From Deltaproteobacteria bacterium (GTDB taxonomy: Bacteria; Myxococcota_A; Polyangia; JAAYKL01), in NCBI GenBank assembly GCA_016936575.1, contig JAFGXQ010000045.1, positions 70,664 to 134,663 of the forward strand: DNA of 64,000 nt. Reading direction: 5' to 3'. Position 1 is the first letter of the stretch, and each line of letters opens with the position of its first letter. Positions 28,790 to 37,440 of the stretch are shown here, piece after piece. Under the pieces are notes generated by a model that did no database searches, had not been told where the DNA came from, and worked only from the letters and a program-made list of their open reading frames with translations. The position numbers and the translations under genes were made by a program.

Positions 28790-29812
28790 CTATACCCAGA
28801 TGCCTGCCACTGTGGCCATTGTGAACCCCGACGCGGCACTTCCCAGCATGAGTTTTTCATCCTTTTGCGGTTCTCTTTGAGAAAGCAGATAATCAAACAC
28901 CACACCAATCGTGGCGCTGGCGTTATTTCCGTACAAGTGATGCGTGTATACTCCCCTATCCAATTCTGCACCGATTTTCGACAGAACCTTCCGCGTCATG
29001 AATTCGCTGGGTTGATGAAATAAGTAATGCGCAACCTCGTTGGGATCCCATCCCAATTTCTTCAACACCTCCATCAGACGAGGTGCAATATACTTATGAA
29101 GTTTCATCAGTTCCGTCGATGATGAACTGAATGTGCCGTGAATCGGCACCTGGCAGAGAGACCAGTGGTTAGGCAGAGAATGCGTGTCGGTACTGACAAC
29201 CCGAACACATCCGTTTGACCAGGGATTTTTGCTCACCAGAAAACAAGCTGCTGCGTTTCCGATGGTCAAACCGGCGGCTTTGTACTGCAAATCGGTAAGT
29301 GTTTGAATATCGAACGACAAAAACTCCCGCGAGAGTTCAGCTGTACAAACCAACGCAGTCTCGTAGTCATCGTGCATATTCAGGTACGCACAGGCGACCT
29401 GCACAGCTTCCAAATGTCCCACGCACGCACTGGTTACGTCAAAAGCATGCGTCTGTGTGATGCCAAGATTCGCACACACTTCCATTGCCGTAGCAGGCTC
29501 AAAGTACTCTCTTGCCACCCCACCGAAAATCACCAAATCCACATCGTCCAAAGCAGTGCTGTTTCTCTCGAGGCAGTTAGCAGCTGCCTTTGCCGCATAC
29601 GCCGCGACCCTTGACTCAGGATTGAAATCCAGGTAGCGCACCTGAGTATTACATTTGCTCAAAATCTTTTTGGTTGCCGCTTCAATGGCTGTCCACGCAA
29701 GCTTATTTCCCTTGTAGTTTTGTTTGACCAAATCGATAATCGCAGCATTGTCATATCGTGTATCAGGTACATGAATTCCCGGCTTAGATAAATATAGTTC
29801 TGGCATCGTCAT
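28790..29812 (-). CDS. 3-oxoacyl-ACP synthase III (FabH/KAS III)-like condensing enzyme
   Basis: Thiolase-fold length and layout. Active-site Cys context DVTSACVGHLEA, His in VAHYLFHQPS, Asn in YGNNASATIG (Cys-His-Asn triad order of KAS III). Start placed at MTMPELY. Confidence 0.55.
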   Translation of the reverse strand: MTMPELYLSKPGIHVPDTRYDNAAIIDLVKQNYKGNKLAWTAIEAATKKILSKCNTQVRYLDFNPESRVAAYAAKAAANCLERNSTALDDVDLVIFGGVAREYFEPATAMEVCANLGITQTHAFDVTSACVGHLEAVQVACAYLNMHDDYETALVCTAELSREFLSFDIQTLTDLQYKAAGLTIGNAAACFLVSKNPWSNGCVRVVSTDTHSLPNHWSLCQVPIHGTFSSSSTELMKLHKYIAPRLMEVLKKLGWDPNEVAHYLFHQPSEFMTRKVLSKIGAELDRGVYTHHLYGNNASATIGVVFDYLLSQREPQKDEKLMLGSAASGFTMATVAGIWV

Positions 29813-30023
29813 TGAATTGTTCCTGTATGTGTTTCCAGAAATCGTCCATGCAAGACAGCTCAGCATGTAAAGCCGTCTTAATCGAAGATTTAAACAATGG
29901 TGCGAACGAAGCGAGGAAAGGGGTTGATATAAATGAACCTTTTTTACTTATTCTTTTTACAGAGGAAAATGATTGCAGCTTATTTGAAAAATTTCGTTCA
30001 TCTCAAATCATTTCAACATTCTG

Positions 30024-31103
30024 TCACAAAAAAGTCTGATAAAATTCGGCGTAGTCACATCGAATCTGCTCTTCTGTTAAGCCAAACTTTTCCAGATTGT
30101 ATGCATGTTTGCTTTCGAATGCGCGTTGTTTCTGAGCGGTGTTATCAATCACCGTTCGCAATTCAGCAGATATTTCTCCACCTACAAACGGAATGATTTC
30201 GTCCATCAGTCCGTCGAAATCCTTCATCAAACGATCAAACGTCACAACCTTGACATTGGAACGATTAATTCTTCCGCTTTCCCAATCCCGCTGAAAACGC
30301 AAACTGAGTTCGAGTAACGCGGCATACAGCCGCTTGATAAAATGCGTTCGTTTTTCCTCGGGTAAACTCCAGAACCCGAATGCGCCGTCCAAAACGCCGG
30401 TAACCAGACTGAGACCGGACGGCACAGTCGAGAGCGGATCTCTTGCCATGTATAAAATTTTCGCATCCGGAAACCGATTCAAGAAGGAAGGCAGACGAAT
30501 GCCAAGTGAAAACAGCTTCCCTACAATGCGTTCTTTCTTTTCACTCACCAACACGCGGCGCCAACATTTCTCAATCCATTTAAAGTCGCGTTTGGCCGTA
30601 TCCCGCAGGTCCGGATCAAACATATCTCTCAAGTCCTTTTTCGACCAAGATAAGAAGAATCCGTAAATGAAAAAGCCGTCAAAGTAGCGAAACATCAGCG
30701 CCGGATCATCGGTTTCCACAGATGTCAGATTCGTCTTGTGCGCAGCATGGGCGTGATGTTTTGCAGGACTGAACTTCTCCATAATCGGAAGAAACGGCTT
30801 CAGCAAAGTCTGCAGCGTTAAAGAGGGATAGATCATCTTCCACAGTCTGGAACCCGTCCCGAACCCGTTATCAGTTAAAAACCGCTGCAGGAACGTTGTT
30901 CCGCTTCGAGGATTTCCCACTATCACAATCGGACTCGCAACTCGTTTTTTACGAAGCGACGGAAAAAACAAATGGTCGAGCACCATAAATACCGATACTG
31001 TCGCATGCAGCAGAAAAATGCCTGAAAATATAAAAACAGGAGAGATTACCTTACGAAATGCGCGTATCAATGCTTTGTGCACCAGAAACATTCTTGAAAT
31101 CAT
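30024..31103 (-). CDS. PAPS-dependent sulfotransferase family protein (with N-terminal hydrophobic segment)
   Basis: 5'-PSB motif IVIVGNPRSGTTFL (cf. PKSGTT) and a 3'-PB-like region (ILYMARDPLSTVPS). N-terminal TM-like stretch. Confidence 0.55.
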   Translation of the reverse strand: MISRMFLVHKALIRAFRKVISPVFIFSGIFLLHATVSVFMVLDHLFFPSLRKKRVASPIVIVGNPRSGTTFLQRFLTDNGFGTGSRLWKMIYPSLTLQTLLKPFLPIMEKFSPAKHHAHAAHKTNLTSVETDDPALMFRYFDGFFIYGFFLSWSKKDLRDMFDPDLRDTAKRDFKWIEKCWRRVLVSEKKERIVGKLFSLGIRLPSFLNRFPDAKILYMARDPLSTVPSGLSLVTGVLDGAFGFWSLPEEKRTHFIKRLYAALLELSLRFQRDWESGRINRSNVKVVTFDRLMKDFDGLMDEIIPFVGGEISAELRTVIDNTAQKQRAFESKHAYNLEKFGLTEEQIRCDYAEFYQTFL

Positions 31104-31515
31104 TGTTCGGTTTTTCCTTTTTTAGTTCATCCAACAGAAACAAAATTATCACATCTCTTTAGTGCACTGTTCCGCCGCAACAGGGTTGGCTTTTATTTTG
31201 TAAAATCCGAAAAATATCTTCAGAAGGAGAATATTCGCGTCACCCTCGGTGCGATAGATTCGCAATTCTCGATACAGCGCCTTATTCGACGAACCTGACT
31301 TCATAAAAAAAATAAACACCGTTACCAATTCAGGTTACTCGTCTTGATTCGAATCTATGAGGGCCTGTGCCGAAATGCTGTAGTCGTGTGGGACTAAACT
31401 CGCGTCATTCGCAGGAAGCGCTGCAGCCGACTTGCGTAAAATCAGCGATGACAAAACTCAGGATAGCGAAGAACGTTAAAACCCGAGCTATGGAGACTTG
31501 ATTTCGACGGGCGTT

Positions 31516-33165
31516 CTAAGGTGCCAGAGTGAGTTGGCCTTCATCGAGTGAAATCTGGTAGTAGCCGTGGTCGTCCCAGGCCAGTTTCTGACCATTTTGA
31601 GTAAGTGTTCCGCCATCCACGGTAACACGCAGACATTTTCCGGACGGAAAATTATCGGGCAGGTTCCACGACCAACTATGGCCGTCACCGCTGCTCGACG
31701 GACTCACAGACGAAAATGTTTTTTGTCCAATCCAATATGCCCCCACATTCACCACGCTGTCTATCCATACATCTCCGTATGATTTCATTTCGTTGACACC
31801 CGATACCATAGAACTGATTGGAATCGCGTTATACGCACCGTCTCCATATCCAGTGAACCCGTGCACGCAGTAAACTGCCCATCCGCCTTGATTACGCGCG
31901 TTGTTTGCCGGCACGCCGAACGTATACGCGTCCGCCCCCGCCGCTGGAATATATGACGGCAGATTAAAGGGATTTGAGTTGTCATTCGGCATAATAATAG
32001 CGCCGGCCACACCGCGGTTGATGATATACCGCGTACTTGCGGGAGAAGAACAAACCGTGCTCCCCTCTGGCGCCGCCATCGTATAGATTTCGATGTCCAG
32101 CGCGCTCTCCAGCAACTGCTCCGCGGTGTCAATCGACGAAGTATTACATGTGTGATCAGTGGTGTGATTTCCGATTTCGTGCCCACCGGCAACCGCATCG
32201 TGCCAAATCGATGCATTCTCGTCGTTCCAATTGGTCACAAGGTAGAATGTGTAGTGAACCCCCAGGCCTGAGAGCGTCCCCCATTCCTGAATGGTTGATT
32301 GGGTTCCATCATCGAGAGAATAGCTCACCGCCGCAGAATATCCCGCCCAATTCAACACCTGCAAATTGCCGGCCGCTCCAGAGGGCTTCGCCTGTCCACT
32401 GCTTCCCACATCCGGAAGTCCGCAATCATACACAACCCCCGGGTCTGAATCTGAATCGGAATCAGCATCGGAATCGGCGTCTGTATCGCTATCGCTGTCT
32501 GTATCGCTATCGCTGTCTGTATCGCTATCGCTGTCTGTGTCAGTGTCACTGTCAGTATCGGTATCGCCGTCTGTTGTACCGCCGGCATTGCAGCAAATGG
32601 CGGCCCAACCGTTTTCCGGACTGGGCACACATGGCGTTGCGCCGACAATTTCGCCTCCCAAACCGCCCCAGGTCGGATCACCGGTACACGCCCATTCGCT
32701 CGATACACATTCATACGCGCAGTCAGCATCTGAGTCGGTATCGCCATCGGAATCCGTGTCACTATCTGAATCCGTGTCACTATCCGAATCCGAATCGGCG
32801 TCGGAGTCGGTATCAGTGTCTGTATCTGCATCACTATCTGAATCCGTGTCACTATCCGAGTCTGTATCAGTGTCTGAATCCGTATCGCTGTCCGAGTCGC
32901 TGTCAGCGTCTGAATCTGTATCGCTGTCGGAATCCGTATCGCTATCCGAGTCGCTGTCAGCGTCTGAATCTCCGTCACCATCGGCATCGGCATCACTGTC
33001 TGAATCAGAGTCACCGTCGGAATCCCCGTCGGAATCCCCGTCTCCGTCGGAATCACTGTCGGAGTCCGCATCCGCGTCAGTCAAATCGACCGAAGCATCC
33101 TCTTGTCCGCATGCCATCAAAAACAATTGCGCCCCGAAAATAATAATATACAAATACTTGCTCAT
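31516..33165 (-). CDS. Lipoprotein with two poly(D-S/T/G) tracts and a polysaccharide deacetylase (CE4/NodB-like) domain
   Basis: Lipobox [10 protein letters not shown]. About 120-aa and about 45-aa acidic repeat tracts. CE4 motifs SYSLDDGT (TFDDG-like) and [11 protein letters not shown] (H-x-x-x-x-H metal site). Confidence 0.5.
   Translation of the reverse strand: MSKYLYIIIFGAQLFLMACGQEDASVDLTDADADSDSDSDGDGDSDGDSDGDSDSDSDADADGDGDSDADSDSDSDTDSDSDTDSDADSDSDSDTDSDTDTDSDSDTDSDSDADTDTDTDSDADSDSDSDTDSDSDTDSDGDTDSDADCAYECVSSEWACTGDPTWGGLGGEIVGATPCVPSPENGWAAICCNAGGTTDGDTDTDSDTDTDSDSDTDSDSDTDSDSDTDADSDADSDSDSDPGVVYDCGLPDVGSSGQAKPSGAAGNLQVLNWAGYSAAVSYSLDDGTQSTIQEWGTLSGLGVHYTFYLVTNWNDENASIWHDAVAGGHEIGNHTTDHTCNTSSIDTAEQLLESALDIEIYTMAAPEGSTVCSSPASTRYIINRGVAGAIIMPNDNSNPFNLPSYIPAAGADAYTFGVPANNARNQGGWAVYCVHGFTGYGDGAYNAIPISSMVSGVNEMKSYGDVWIDSVVNVGAYWIGQKTFSSVSPSSSGDGHSWSWNLPDNFPSGKCLRVTVDGGTLTQNGQKLAWDDHGYYQISLDEGQLTLAP
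32442..32574. repeat. In-frame tandem repeat (second acidic tract of the CE4 lipoprotein), including 3 perfect copies of an 18-nt unit at 32481..32534
   Basis: Unit ctgtatcgctatcgctgt is repeated three times exactly. Confidence 0.75.
32712..33075. repeat. ~360-nt in-frame tandem repeat encoding ~120 aa of (D-S/A/G/T)n (first acidic tract of the CE4 lipoprotein)
   Basis: Periodic gtcagcgtctgaatc / gtatcgctgtccgagtc units. Confidence 0.7.
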
Positions 33166-33490
33166 ATCGCTCCGTATCCCCATTCAGATTCAAAGGATTA
33201 GTCCGTTCAAAACATACTTTTCGTGCCAACCCATAGGCAACCATCCAAACAGTACCGCCACCATCTACAACGGCTCAAAGGGATTGCGCGCACGCACAAA
33301 ATGACCAGATTTGGACATTGAAGAGAAAAACTGTACACAACACGAAGGCGTGAATTCTCACATTTAAAAGAAGTGAAACTGAGGCCCAACGACAACAGTT
33401 CTGATTTCATTGACCCATGAATACTGACGTTATTATTTGGCATGAAAGTTGAGTAGAAACATCCAAAACTCAAACGCAGGAGCATTTCCT

Positions 33491-34414
33491 ATGAGAAACC
33501 GGTCAGCAAAAGTATTTTGCTTTTATTTCATATTTTTACTGGGAGGCTGTGACATCGCCCCACATCAATCCTCATTTTCTGATTGCAGACATGTCAGCGC
33601 TGGGTACACGCATTCCTGCTGTGTGCACAGCACCGGCAAGATCACCTGTTGGGGTTCCAACACCTATGGAGAATCGTCGCCGCCGCGGTTTACAGATTAC
33701 GTACAGGTACAAGCCGACGAATACTATACCTGCGCTTTACGCGAAACTGGTGAAATTTTATGTTTCGGCGATAATATATTAAGAATTAACGGCGAAGAAC
33801 AATTCACTCTACACAATCTGGATGCACCGACGCAGGGCGGATTCGTTCAAATAGATATTAACGCATTCAATGGCTGTGCACTTCACGAAACCAGCACCAT
33901 TTCGTGCTGGGGAGATACAAACAGCGGCACGCCGGTCTCATCGCCTGAGGGAAACAACTTCACTCAGGTTTCTGTTGGCGGCAATCAAAGCTGCGCCCTG
34001 CACGGCGACTCTACGGTACAATGCTGGCCCGACCAAATCGACCGCGATGACGTGCCGCCATCCTCCCATTTCTATTCACAGATTTCGATGGGCAGCACCC
34101 ACGGTTGCGCACTGACCAGTGACGCATTTACAATTTGCTGGGGAAACGATTTCGACGGACAAGGGGATTCCCCCGGACACTGGCTCGGTCACCCGGTTAC
34201 ACAAGTTGCGGCAGGCGGCTTCCATTCGTGCGAACTGTATGCCGAAGGACTGGTGGAGTGCTGGGGAAATAACGATTGGGAACAATGTGATGTTCCGGGG
34301 GTTGACGATTTTGTCCAAATCAGCGCCGGTAGTTTTCATACCTGCGGAATCCGCAAGTCCGGACGTGTATTGTGTTGGGGAGAAAATGACAAAGGTCAGT
34401 CATCACCTCCGTGA
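33491..34414 (+). CDS. RCC1-repeat (regulator of chromosome condensation-like) beta-propeller lipoprotein
   Basis: Six to seven repeats of the G-x-x-H-(S/T)-C-A-L...CWG-x-N-x-x-GQ type (HSCCVHSTGKITCWGSNTYGES, NGCALHETSTISCWGDTNSG, FHSCELYAEGLVECWGNNDWEQ, FHTCGIRKSGRVLCWGENDKGQ). Signal plus lipobox (FLLGGCD). Confidence 0.55.
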   Translation: MRNRSAKVFCFYFIFLLGGCDIAPHQSSFSDCRHVSAGYTHSCCVHSTGKITCWGSNTYGESSPPRFTDYVQVQADEYYTCALRETGEILCFGDNILRINGEEQFTLHNLDAPTQGGFVQIDINAFNGCALHETSTISCWGDTNSGTPVSSPEGNNFTQVSVGGNQSCALHGDSTVQCWPDQIDRDDVPPSSHFYSQISMGSTHGCALTSDAFTICWGNDFDGQGDSPGHWLGHPVTQVAAGGFHSCELYAEGLVECWGNNDWEQCDVPGVDDFVQISAGSFHTCGIRKSGRVLCWGENDKGQSSPP

Positions 34415-34422
34415 ATGCGGAA

Positions 34423-34959
34423 TCAGCGTCTCTTTCGACCGAGGGTGATGATCAGCACTTCGCCGCTTTCGTCCACTTCCACCTTTTCAATGCGGGAAGC
34501 CGCGTAACGCTCCTTGCGTTTGGAGTCGTCAAGCGTGTATACGACCAGACCGTTAATGCGCTTTGCCACCAGCCGACTCACCAGATCTTTCATCTGACCT
34601 AAATCGGAAAGCTTTACTTTCCCCGTGTCGACATCCACGATGTAGATTTCATCCACATAAAACCGCTTTTTCTCAGGGTCGTATGCGATAACCCCGCGCA
34701 CATCGACCTTTCCTTTCACTTTGCGATTTAAAAACGAGGCGCGAAACTTAAGTCGTATCCCAACCTCACTACCTTCAAAATATACTTTCGGTTTGTAGAA
34801 TTTGGCTTTGGCCACTACGACACTTTTTTCAACCGGAAATTTTTTTTCCACCTTCTGCTGTACTTTGGCCAGCGGCACCTCAACATGGTGAACACAACCG
34901 CTCGCGACAAGCACCAGCAGCACCCCGATAATTTTAATACAGTGCTTCAATTCAGTCAT
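34423..34959 (-). CDS. Small lipoprotein (possible DUF1439/YceB-like)
   Basis: Signal plus lipobox LVASGC. 178 aa, Lys-rich. Family guess only. Confidence 0.3.
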   Translation of the reverse strand: MTELKHCIKIIGVLLVLVASGCVHHVEVPLAKVQQKVEKKFPVEKSVVVAKAKFYKPKVYFEGSEVGIRLKFRASFLNRKVKGKVDVRGVIAYDPEKKRFYVDEIYIVDVDTGKVKLSDLGQMKDLVSRLVAKRINGLVVYTLDDSKRKERYAASRIEKVEVDESGEVLIITLGRKRR

Positions 34960-35056
34960 AACCGTTCTCTTTGCAGATGTTTATTTTTCAATTGTTCCGC
35001 CTTTTTTTCAGGAGTACAAATATACGACAATATTTGTCGCAATGGAAGTGGATGCA

Positions 35057-36055
35057 ATGGCAGATAAAACCAAGTATAGACGGCTGTTCGATTTACACAA
35101 ACGCTTTATGTTCCATGGGCGGATAACCATCAAAACAATGATGGACGACTACGGCATCAACCGCCGCACCGCTAATAGAGATATCAACGACCTTATCAGC
35201 CTGGGGGTACAGCTGGAAAACGAGGTGCTTGAAAACGGCCTGAAAGTATGGTTTCTACCCGCATCGCAACGAAAAATCACCATTCCGTTCAACCTCACCG
35301 ATGTGGCGGCGCTGTTTCTGGGGCGAGGCCTGTTTGACTTTTCGAGAGGCACCCTTCTCGGCGACTCACTAGATAAAATATATGAGACAATAGAGACGCA
35401 AATCACCCGAGAAAAGGACCTCATTCGTCTGGGAAATCTGAAAAAGAAGGTTTACAGCGTCAATGACGGCCCCAAAGAGCTGTCCGATACCAACATCGAA
35501 GAACTCGATGAGGTTCTCACCGGACTGCTGGATGAAAAACTCATTCAGTTTGAATACACTTCTTCCACCGGACGAAAAAGTGTTCTTCGGGCCATTCCCT
35601 ACACACTGGTCACGTATAAAATGGGGCTGTACCTGCTGGCCAGACCCACTGAATCCGATTCGGACGCGATTCGAATCTACGCCATCGAACGCATGAACAA
35701 TACAGAGGCCATTCGGGGTACCAGTTACCGCCTTCCAACCAATTACGCGCCGGAGCAATATTTCCGCGACGCTTTATTTATTCAGCGGGGCAGTCCCGAG
35801 AAAATCGAATTGATTTTCGATGCGGGTTCCGCGCCGTTTGTCGCGATTCGCCGGTTTCACCATTCGCAAGAAGTGAACCGTTTGCCCGACGGGCGCACTC
35901 AGATGACACTGCATGTGCCGGCGGGAACAACGGACTTTGAAATTGTAAACTGGATCATTTCATTTCACGAGCATGTTACGGTGATTTCTCCACCCCACCT
36001 GAAAGAAGCCGTACGAAACAAGCTTGCAGCCGCGTTGAAGCAATACGATAATTAA
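35057..36055 (+). CDS. WYL-domain transcriptional regulator (HTH + WYL + C-terminal WCX-like)
   Basis: N-terminal DeoR/HTH_11-like segment (TIKTMMDDYGINRRTANRDINDLISLGV), central WYL signature (IPYTLVTYKMGLYLLA), C-terminal extension. Confidence 0.55.
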   Translation: MADKTKYRRLFDLHKRFMFHGRITIKTMMDDYGINRRTANRDINDLISLGVQLENEVLENGLKVWFLPASQRKITIPFNLTDVAALFLGRGLFDFSRGTLLGDSLDKIYETIETQITREKDLIRLGNLKKKVYSVNDGPKELSDTNIEELDEVLTGLLDEKLIQFEYTSSTGRKSVLRAIPYTLVTYKMGLYLLARPTESDSDAIRIYAIERMNNTEAIRGTSYRLPTNYAPEQYFRDALFIQRGSPEKIELIFDAGSAPFVAIRRFHHSQEVNRLPDGRTQMTLHVPAGTTDFEIVNWIISFHEHVTVISPPHLKEAVRNKLAAALKQYDN

Positions 36056-36109
36056 CTTTCATTCCCGAATGCTAAACCCGAAGGCATTTCGTCCGATATT
36101 TCATGTAGA

Positions 36110-36661
36110 ATGCGTGCGAACATTTACATTGGAGCATCTTTTTTATGCGGTATCATAGCTCTCGGGTGCGAAACCGGCGGCTGCTACTACACCTGCTGCC
36201 GGGCCGAAGATGATTGCAGCGCTTCATGCACCCAGAATGTGAACAGTGCCGAGGAATGTACCGTTCATGCGCAACGGGAGTGCAGCGAAGAGCAGGATGG
36301 CTATATCATTCGCGTGGAATGGGCGACGGTCAGCGAAGTGTTCTGTGAAAGCTGCAGCAGCTCCGCATGTGCGCCGAACTGGTGGACTGCCGACAAAAAT
36401 ATCGAAGCTGGGGAACAGACGACAGATCTGCAGGACACCGAAACAACAAGTGACATCGAGGAAGAATCATCGGATAACGTAAATATCCCCGAAGCAAGTG
36501 CCGCTGAAACATCGTCTGAAGACGCAACGGGCACATCAACCGAGAATACAAAGGAGCAAGAGACTCTCTCCTCTGACAGCGACCCATCTGTCGACCCAAC
36601 CACAAATGCGGCCACCGAAACGTCGAACGACAGTATTCAAAACATCGAATCCGATAACTAA
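36110..36661 (+). CDS. Small Cys-rich lipoprotein with an acidic S/T/E/D-rich C-terminal tail
   Basis: Lipobox IIALGCETGGC. 12 Cys in the first 90 aa. The tail is TETTSDIEEESSDN...SSDSDPSVDPTTNAATETSNDS. Confidence 0.4.
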   Translation: MRANIYIGASFLCGIIALGCETGGCYYTCCRAEDDCSASCTQNVNSAEECTVHAQRECSEEQDGYIIRVEWATVSEVFCESCSSSACAPNWWTADKNIEAGEQTTDLQDTETTSDIEEESSDNVNIPEASAAETSSEDATGTSTENTKEQETLSSDSDPSVDPTTNAATETSNDSIQNIESDN

Positions 36662-36858
36662 GTCCCTAAAAAAATTCGTTTTTCGGGAATACTCCCCCAT
36701 GTTGCGGTGTTTCGCTCCAAACGCCGGTCGCGGCATGTGGGAACGCAGTCCGATTTTCATTAAATGAACGGTTGACCTTAAATGCGCTTCAGAATAGGTT
36801 AGCGGGCGATGTCAATTTTAACCCGATAAATTTCGGTACTCGTAGGGAGTTTGCGTTA

Positions 36859-37356
36859 ATGAAAATTCAGAGTGAAGCATTTGTGGCCATCGATTACACG
36901 CTGAAAGATGACCAGGGCAATGTGGTTGATAAATCCGAAGAAAACAGTCCATTGGGGTTCATATTCGGGCGCGGTCAGATTATTCCGGGCCTGGAAAAAG
37001 CATTGGAGGGAATGTCAAAAGATGAAACCGCCCAGGTCGTTGTGGCTCCCGAAGACGGGTACGGCCCGGTGAACGAAGAATTGTTCCAGGAAATCCCCAA
37101 AGCCAACTTCCCCAATACAGAGAATCTTGAACCTGGACAGCAGTTTCAGGCCAACACCCCTCATGGTCCAATGCGATTTGTAGTTCATGAAATTAAAGAA
37201 GAAGACATAGTCGTAAATTTAAATCATCCGTTAGCTGGCCAAAGTTTGCATTTTGATGTAAAAGTCGCCGAAGTTCGAGAAGCGACCGAAGAAGAATTGG
37301 CCCCACCGGTCCACAGTCACTGTGGAGATGGTAGCCACGGCTGCTGCGGTTGTTGA
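36859..37356 (+). CDS. slyD: FKBP-type peptidyl-prolyl cis-trans isomerase SlyD-like with a C-terminal His/Cys-rich metal-binding tail
   Basis: VAIDYTLKDDQGNVVD...FIFGRGQIIPGLEKALEGM (FKBP core). An insert-in-flap region follows. C-terminal HSHCGDGSHGCCGC. Start placed at MKIQSE. Confidence 0.55.
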   Translation: MKIQSEAFVAIDYTLKDDQGNVVDKSEENSPLGFIFGRGQIIPGLEKALEGMSKDETAQVVVAPEDGYGPVNEELFQEIPKANFPNTENLEPGQQFQANTPHGPMRFVVHEIKEEDIVVNLNHPLAGQSLHFDVKVAEVREATEEELAPPVHSHCGDGSHGCCGC

Positions 37357-37440
37357 TAAAACAGTTCATTTGGCGAGTCGCGGATAGCGGTCTCGCTGCT
37401 TGAGTTTCAAGTATTTAGGAAGGAAAGAGTAGGAAACGAG

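Noticed and set aside
32037-33304. ORFs 32037..33143 (+), 32352..33071 (-), 32366..33304 (+)
   Set aside because: Frame and antisense echoes of the acidic repeat tracts of the CE4 lipoprotein gene. They have no start context or motifs.
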